Below, one piece after another: positions 59,082 to 64,000 of a stretch of DNA of 64,000 nucleotides. This stretch comes from Patescibacteria group bacterium (GTDB lineage Bacteria; Patescibacteriota; Microgenomatia; UBA10105; UBA927). Position 1 is the first letter of the stretch; each line of letters begins with the position of its first letter. Where the stretch lies: the NCBI GenBank assembly GCA_018821245.1, contig JAHJMO010000026.1, positions 15,518-79,517 of the forward strand, read 5' to 3'. The notes under the pieces are model-generated. The model saw only the letters and a list, made by a program, of their open reading frames with translations. It had not been told where the DNA came from and did not search any database. The position numbers and the translations under genes are program-made.

Positions 59082-59870
59082 TCAAGAAAGTTTTTTATTA
59101 ATCAGATCAATCTTCTTTGTTAATGCATCAATTTTTTGTTCAACCCGTTCCTGCTCAATATCCTGGCCTTTTTCCGTGAAATAGGAGGCTAGCGATGCGG
59201 TAAAGTAGGAAACAAGGACAGTGCCGACAACGATAAGAAATATCGAAACCGCTTTGGCCTCTGGTGTTTCGGGATAGACGTTGGCATAGCCGCCGGAAAA
59301 AGCGTTGACGACAGTCAGCCACAAACTTTCGGCAAGATTATTTACCCCTGTTTCGACATTTTGGTCGAAGTTGTACGTCAGTACGGTTCCCAATCCGATA
59401 AGTCCCAGAAAGACGAGCAAGAGGTAATTGAACCCGAAGCTGGAAAAAACGGTTTTTACCTCTGTGGTAAATCTGACAAACACGGCTAGTACACGGGCAA
59501 AACGGAGAATCCGAAGCGCCCGGGTGCTTCTGGCAAGTCTGGCTCCACGGGCGAGCCGCGCAACGCGGAAGATACGGAATATCCGAAGGAGAGGGAGAGC
59601 CACAACTAGGACATCGATCCAATGAGTGCGCAGGTATTGCCAGCGATTTCCGGAAAGATAGGTTTTAACTGTCAGCTCCAGCGCGAATGCGCCCCAGATA
59701 AACCAGTCAACAAGCTCTAAAACATGCTCAACAGCCGGATCAAGTGTCAACACAATCGGAAGGACTAGGGTGATGATCATGACGATGACCAAAACAAGCA
59801 TCGGCACCTCGGTATACCGTTCGATTTTCTCAAGTAATTGTTCTCGATTTAATTTTGTTTTTTGTTTCAT
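59082..59870 (-). CDS. Voltage-gated ion channel family protein (6-TM Ion_trans)
   Basis: S4 voltage-sensor with Arg every third residue (RIFRIFRVARLARGARLARSTRALRILRFARV), pore-loop TVVNAFSGGYANVYPET; ATG at 59870 has the SD AGGAAGG. Confidence 0.7.
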   Translation of the reverse strand: MKQKTKLNREQLLEKIERYTEVPMLVLVIVMIITLVLPIVLTLDPAVEHVLELVDWFIWGAFALELTVKTYLSGNRWQYLRTHWIDVLVVALPLLRIFRIFRVARLARGARLARSTRALRILRFARVLAVFVRFTTEVKTVFSSFGFNYLLLVFLGLIGLGTVLTYNFDQNVETGVNNLAESLWLTVVNAFSGGYANVYPETPEAKAVSIFLIVVGTVLVSYFTASLASYFTEKGQDIEQERVEQKIDALTKKIDLINKKLS

Positions 59871-60104
59871 ACGATTCCCCTTCCTTTTGCGTAGACGAAA
59901 TCTAAGCAAGAGGAAAGGCAGTTGGATCATGAAGGGCTTGAGCAGATTGCTCATCATGATACACCTTGCGGTGCGACCAACTGTCTTGTTCCCGAAGGTT
60001 ATAGAAGTACTTGAATGCCAAAAAGGCATATAGCCATGAATATTAAAATCAGCAATAGTATGGCAACTATTGCTGCTGAATCGTCTTTCATTGCTCCTCC
60101 TTGT

Positions 60105-60305
60105 TTATCCGAATGAGATGAGAAGCCATGCAATCAAGGCCAGCCCGATAACAAAGGTTGGGCCCATGAAGGCCAAGGTGGCACGTATAGCCCTTTTTCG
60201 ATCTTCTGGCGGTGAATATCTATTTACTTGCACCACCACCATGGTCAAAAAAGCAGCCCCAGCCGCAACGGCTGGTAAGAACTGACTCCAAAAATTATCA
60301 GGCAT
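60105..60305 (-). CDS. Small hydrophobic protein (66 aa)
   Basis: Perfect SD AAAGGAGGAAG 7 nt upstream of the ATG; two hydrophobic segments. Confidence 0.4.
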   Translation of the reverse strand: MPDNFWSQFLPAVAAGAAFLTMVVVQVNRYSPPEDRKRAIRATLAFMGPTFVIGLALIAWLLISFG

Positions 60306-60318
60306 CTTCTTCCTCCTT

Positions 60319-60432
60319 TTAGGATTTCAGAATGGCTAGGCAGGTTGCGAGTCCGCCCAGCAGAGTGAAAGCGAAGATTGTAATATAAAATACTGCAATC
60401 AGAATGTTCAAGATTATTTTTTTGAATTTCAT
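60319..60432 (-). CDS. Small hydrophobic peptide (37 aa, not in ORF track)
   Basis: ATG at 60432 preceded by the SD GAGGAG; MKFKKIILNILIAVFYITIFAFTLLGGLATCLAILKS; single TM with a GG pair. Confidence 0.3.
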   Translation of the reverse strand: MKFKKIILNILIAVFYITIFAFTLLGGLATCLAILKS

Positions 60433-60666
60433 GATTTTCTCCTCGTGAGCCGAATGGGATTTGGGTTTGGTTGGCTCAGCCAAGCTAAAGCGGAAAATTC
60501 CGCCTCAAATCGGCTAAGCCAACCTTTGTAACTTTTTTATAACCTTCAGGAATGTTAAAGAGCGAAAATATGCAATAAGTATATTCGCTTTTGAATAGCT
60601 TATAGCATATATCAATGCGTAGGATTATAGCGTCATGACCATTTTTCTACTTGAGTTGATGCTGAT

Positions 60667-60695
60667 TTGATTCTGAGGCGAAAATAGTGTATAAT
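60667..60695 (+). promoter_or_regulatory. Sigma-70-type promoter driving a leaderless transcript of the wHTH regulator gene
   Basis: TTGATT (60667-60672), 17 nt, TATAAT (60690-60695); ATG at 60704 begins 8 nt after the -10, with no SD. Confidence 0.45.
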
Positions 60696-60703
60696 TCACC
60701 TTT

Positions 60704-61879
60704 ATGAAAATAGCTCCTTATTATCAGAAATTGCTTGAGGCTGGCATGCAGGCTGCCAGTAGTCTTGAGCCTATAACTTTCGCGGGAATGTCGGACAGCG
60801 GTATTGACTATATTTTTACTTTATCCGTACCGCTTTTTACTTCCGAACTGGGAGGTGAGATAAAACCAGTTTTTCTCGATATTTCCGGATTAACCACGGC
60901 GGAAATGATTAGTGCGGAAATCAGTGCAATATTGTCTGATGAATTTGGTCAAAATATAGATAGCGATTATTCTTCAATTTCAAAGGCAGTAAAATTATTT
61001 ACTCAAAAAACAAAACTTGTTTTCGTGATGCACCTCGGCCACGACGGATTTCAGGAGAGTTCATTATTTGTTTTCATCAACCATTTACGAAACCTTTTAG
61101 GTTGGAGATTTTCCTATTGTATATTTACTTACGCTCGAGTTTTGTTTCAAGATAACGTTGCCGTCGTTGACAAAGTACTCAAAAGGAATATTGTGCCGGT
61201 GTTACCGCTTCTTCCGCCGGACGCACAGGTTGTACTGGGAAATTATGAAGAACGATACGGGGAAAAAACATCAAAGAACGCCAAAAATACCATCATCAGT
61301 AATTCTGGTGGAAATCCTGGCCTTCTTAAAGCTCTTTATTTACAGGCGATTCATGATCCCAATTGGAAAGAGCCAAATATTTTGGAAGAACAATTATATT
61401 TTCGCCTCAACAACATCGCGCTTGACCTTTCCAAAGAAGCAAAAGCCTATATCCAGAAACAAAACATAAAAGTGAATCCGCTTTTGGAGTATTTATTGTT
61501 TCGTTATGGGTACATACAAAAAATAAGTAAACATAACAGCGCATTCACACCGCTCTTAGTGGATTTTTTGCAAAAATACCAAAAGAAGGCTCCACAGTTG
61601 CCAATAATGAAACATAATGCCATTAATGAAGAATTATTGTATTTTACTAAAACCCAAAGGAAAGTTATGGATTATTTACGGGAGCATACCGGCGAGTTGA
61701 TTTCTAAAGATACATTGGCGCAAGTGCTTTGGGGAGAGAACTGGGCCGATCGGTATTCCGACTGGGCGATTGATCAGCTTATTTCAACGTTGCGTGATAA
61801 GCTGCATGTTGTAAAACACGAAGGGCAAATAATCACAAAGAGGGGCGAAGGGATTATTTATTTATCAAAGAAAATTTAG
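60704..61879 (+). CDS. Transcriptional regulator with C-terminal OmpR/PhoB-type winged-helix DNA-binding domain
   Basis: C-terminal 100 aa match the trans_reg_C pattern (LTKTQRKVMDYL..ISKDTLAQVLWGE...DQLISTLRDKL...ITKRGEGIIY); N-terminal 280 aa of unknown function, no receiver domain. Confidence 0.55.
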   Translation: MKIAPYYQKLLEAGMQAASSLEPITFAGMSDSGIDYIFTLSVPLFTSELGGEIKPVFLDISGLTTAEMISAEISAILSDEFGQNIDSDYSSISKAVKLFTQKTKLVFVMHLGHDGFQESSLFVFINHLRNLLGWRFSYCIFTYARVLFQDNVAVVDKVLKRNIVPVLPLLPPDAQVVLGNYEERYGEKTSKNAKNTIISNSGGNPGLLKALYLQAIHDPNWKEPNILEEQLYFRLNNIALDLSKEAKAYIQKQNIKVNPLLEYLLFRYGYIQKISKHNSAFTPLLVDFLQKYQKKAPQLPIMKHNAINEELLYFTKTQRKVMDYLREHTGELISKDTLAQVLWGENWADRYSDWAIDQLISTLRDKLHVVKHEGQIITKRGEGIIYLSKKI

Positions 61880-61880
61880 T

Positions 61881-63020
61881 ATGAGCACATGGCTACCAAT
61901 ATGTCCATCAAGTCCGGAGTTTTCGGGACCCTATGAACTTGTAGAGGTAGATATTCCCGTGTCGATTAACACCGGGAATCAGGCCTTACAGACAGAGCGG
62001 GGTCCAGATAGAAGGGTATGGTTTAATCGTGCGACAGATGATGTGGTTCATGAGGATCTTTGTGAGAATCGGTCGTTTGCAGCAATTGTTTCCGACTTTG
62101 ATGGGGTGATTGTAGATTCCGAAGGCCCGTATGGTTATTTTGCCGTTTCGTGGCGGGCGCTTTTTCGCGAAGCTGGTATTCAAGGATCGGATGAAGAATT
62201 AGAAGCATTACGTAAACTGGTTTATGGTTGGAGGAACGATCTCAACACCTCGGTCTCTCTGATGATTGAAAGAATAATCAGTGGCAGGAGTAAAGACGGT
62301 GGTGCTCTTACTGAAATCGAGAAGGAGAAGCTTCGTCAATTGATAGACGTTTCGGTGTTATACAAATGGAGTGAGTTTATGGATTGGCTAATAGCAGGAG
62401 ATAGTTTAGGTGAAAACGTGGTTCGTATAATAGCGGATCGTAAAGAACAGATAGGTAAAGCAATATTGGAAGAAGACCCAGCCCGTGTTTTGACGCTCGC
62501 GCCAATACTGCCGGGAGTTAAAGATTTTTTTGAAGCTCTACCACCGGATGTCATTGTCGCGTTGGCTTCAGCCTCGCGCGTTGAGACAACCATCAGGCCG
62601 ATTCTGGAAGCACATGCGAAAGTCGGTAATGAATGGTTGCTAGCAAGATTCAACGGGCTTATTTTCGGGGAGGGAGATTATTGCGGGTACAGCAAACCTC
62701 ACCGCAGGTTCTATGAATACGCGACACTTCGGGTAGGCACGGCGTTGTATGATAGGGGTATGTTGCCTCCAGGAGGACTCACCGTTTCTGACATGCTTTA
62801 TATAGGGGATGTGATTGCCCGTACGAAAGTTGGGGATCTGCCGATGACCAGGAAAGGAATGCACCACATTGTATTTCAACGGGGGAAAGACACAAACGCT
62901 TTCGGTCCACGTGCGGCAGTGGTTTCTGATTTTCTGGCGCTTCTTGATGTGGCAGGAAGTAGGAATATTATAGACAATATAACACTTCGAAGGCTCGCTT
63001 TGACACTTCAAATTCGTTAA
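61881..63020 (+). CDS. HAD-superfamily hydrolase with large cap insertion
   Basis: Motif I DFDGVIVDSEG (DxDG), motif II LASAS, motif III/IV K...GDVIA; stop/start abutting the regulator gene. Confidence 0.6.
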   Translation: MSTWLPICPSSPEFSGPYELVEVDIPVSINTGNQALQTERGPDRRVWFNRATDDVVHEDLCENRSFAAIVSDFDGVIVDSEGPYGYFAVSWRALFREAGIQGSDEELEALRKLVYGWRNDLNTSVSLMIERIISGRSKDGGALTEIEKEKLRQLIDVSVLYKWSEFMDWLIAGDSLGENVVRIIADRKEQIGKAILEEDPARVLTLAPILPGVKDFFEALPPDVIVALASASRVETTIRPILEAHAKVGNEWLLARFNGLIFGEGDYCGYSKPHRRFYEYATLRVGTALYDRGMLPPGGLTVSDMLYIGDVIARTKVGDLPMTRKGMHHIVFQRGKDTNAFGPRAAVVSDFLALLDVAGSRNIIDNITLRRLALTLQIR

Positions 63021-63021
63021 C

Positions 63022-63330
63022 CTACGAGTTTCGAAAGACAAGCTCCAGAGACAGAAGAGATGCTATCAGGAGTCCAAGATACATTGGCTCATAGAGACCC
63101 CATAATCGTAAGAACAGGAAAACAACAACTCCACAAGCTATCAACAAGCCACGTCGCACATTATTTAATACATAGAAAGACAGAAAAACCGTTGAAAGAA
63201 AAATAAGAACAAAGAATATTACCAAATATATTGTTTTTCCCGGTGCAATGAAATTGACGAACGACACAAATCCAGTGAGATTAATAATACCCAACATCAA
63301 CCACCAAAAGTCTCTTTTTTTGTGTCTCAT
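63022..63330 (-). CDS. Small hypothetical membrane protein
   Basis: 102 aa, three hydrophobic helices. Confidence 0.35.
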   Translation of the reverse strand: MRHKKRDFWWLMLGIINLTGFVSFVNFIAPGKTIYLVIFFVLIFLSTVFLSFYVLNNVRRGLLIACGVVVFLFLRLWGLYEPMYLGLLIASLLSLELVFRNS

Positions 63331-63377
63331 TGTTTTAATTGTAAAACCATCAGTAGCAGTGTTACAATGACTGCGTT

Positions 63378-64000
63378 ATGCAGGTTGATTTTATCATTCT
63401 CGCTATTGCCTTAATTGCCGGTTTTGTGTTTTTGGCATGGTTGGTGAAGCGTGAACTTTCCAAGCTCTCCGAGAAAAAAGAAGACACGACGCTTACGGAG
63501 TGGCTCAAAAGCATGCAATCGTCGATTGAGTCGACCAACAAAGCACTCAACGAAGCAATGCGCGGTCAAACCAGTGACGTAGCTAAACTTCTTCAATCGA
63601 ATACGAAACAACTTAATGAACGCTTAGATACTGCCGCACGGGTTATCGGTGACCTGAAGAAAAATTTAGGGGAAATGTCGGAAGTCGGCCGGGGAATTAA
63701 ATCACTGCAGGAGTTTTTACAATCGCCAAAACTGCGCGGTAATATCGGCGAGCAGGTACTCACGGACATGATTGGGCAGACCTTCCCAAAAAATTCTTTC
63801 CACCTGCAATATTCTTTCAAGTCTGGGGCGAAGGTTGACGCAGTCTTGAAGACAGACGCAGGACTTCTTTGTATAGATAGCAAGTTTCCTATGGAAAATT
63901 TCACTGCCATGCACAAGGGTGAAACCGAGACCGACCGCAGCCGTGCCAAAAAAGAATTTTTGTCAGACGTCAAAAAGCATGTCCACGACATAAGCAAAAA
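63378..64000 (+). CDS. rmuC: DNA recombination protein RmuC (3' truncated by window edge)
   Basis: N-terminal TM, coiled-coil, then LRGNIGEQVLTDMIGQTFP...KVDAVLKT...IDSKFP, characteristic of RmuC; frame open to the window end. Confidence 0.8.
   Translation, partial: MQVDFIILAIALIAGFVFLAWLVKRELSKLSEKKEDTTLTEWLKSMQSSIESTNKALNEAMRGQTSDVAKLLQSNTKQLNERLDTAARVIGDLKKNLGEMSEVGRGIKSLQEFLQSPKLRGNIGEQVLTDMIGQTFPKNSFHLQYSFKSGAKVDAVLKTDAGLLCIDSKFPMENFTAMHKGETETDRSRAKKEFLSDVKKHVHDISK

Overview
This 64 kb window looks like a small-genome, Gram-positive-type (possibly CPR/Patescibacteria-like) bacterial chromosome segment. The phylum guess is inference from gene content: many GT-C/GT2/GT4 envelope glycosyltransferases, PEGA and DUF5667-like proteins, a VirD4-like ATPase, leaderless-looking promoters and no outer-membrane genes. 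Housekeeping genes I recognise are typA, a DEAD-box helicase, guaA, nrdR-nrdD-nrdG, groES-groEL, idi, tsaD, tatD, metG, rmuC (3' truncated), two tandem class A PBPs, a PP2C phosphatase and an aldehyde dehydrogenase. Accessory content includes a vapBC pair, an AbiEii-like toxin in an AT-rich islet, a low-GC island carrying an unknown 494-aa protein plus a HIT protein, a gene remnant beside a small palindrome-flanked ORF, and a large envelope-glycan operon. Two things stand out. First, a cobalamin riboswitch with an intrinsic terminator sits immediately 3' of a PduO-type adenosyltransferase and 5' of an operon of unknown function (a 647-aa charged protein with two C-terminal TM helices, a Pro/Thr-rich protein, a VirD4/TraG-like ATPase and an ATP-grasp protein). 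Second, at least 12 short AT-rich tandem 7-8 bp arrays recur across the window; several are inserted in-frame in CDSs (four in tsaD alone) and encode similar peptides. One tRNA reads as tRNA-Ile with an unusual UAU anticodon. No rRNA, CRISPR array or integrase was seen. The ORF track appears to render alternative start codons (TTG/GTG) as M, so several starts were moved to an in-frame ATG with a better context.
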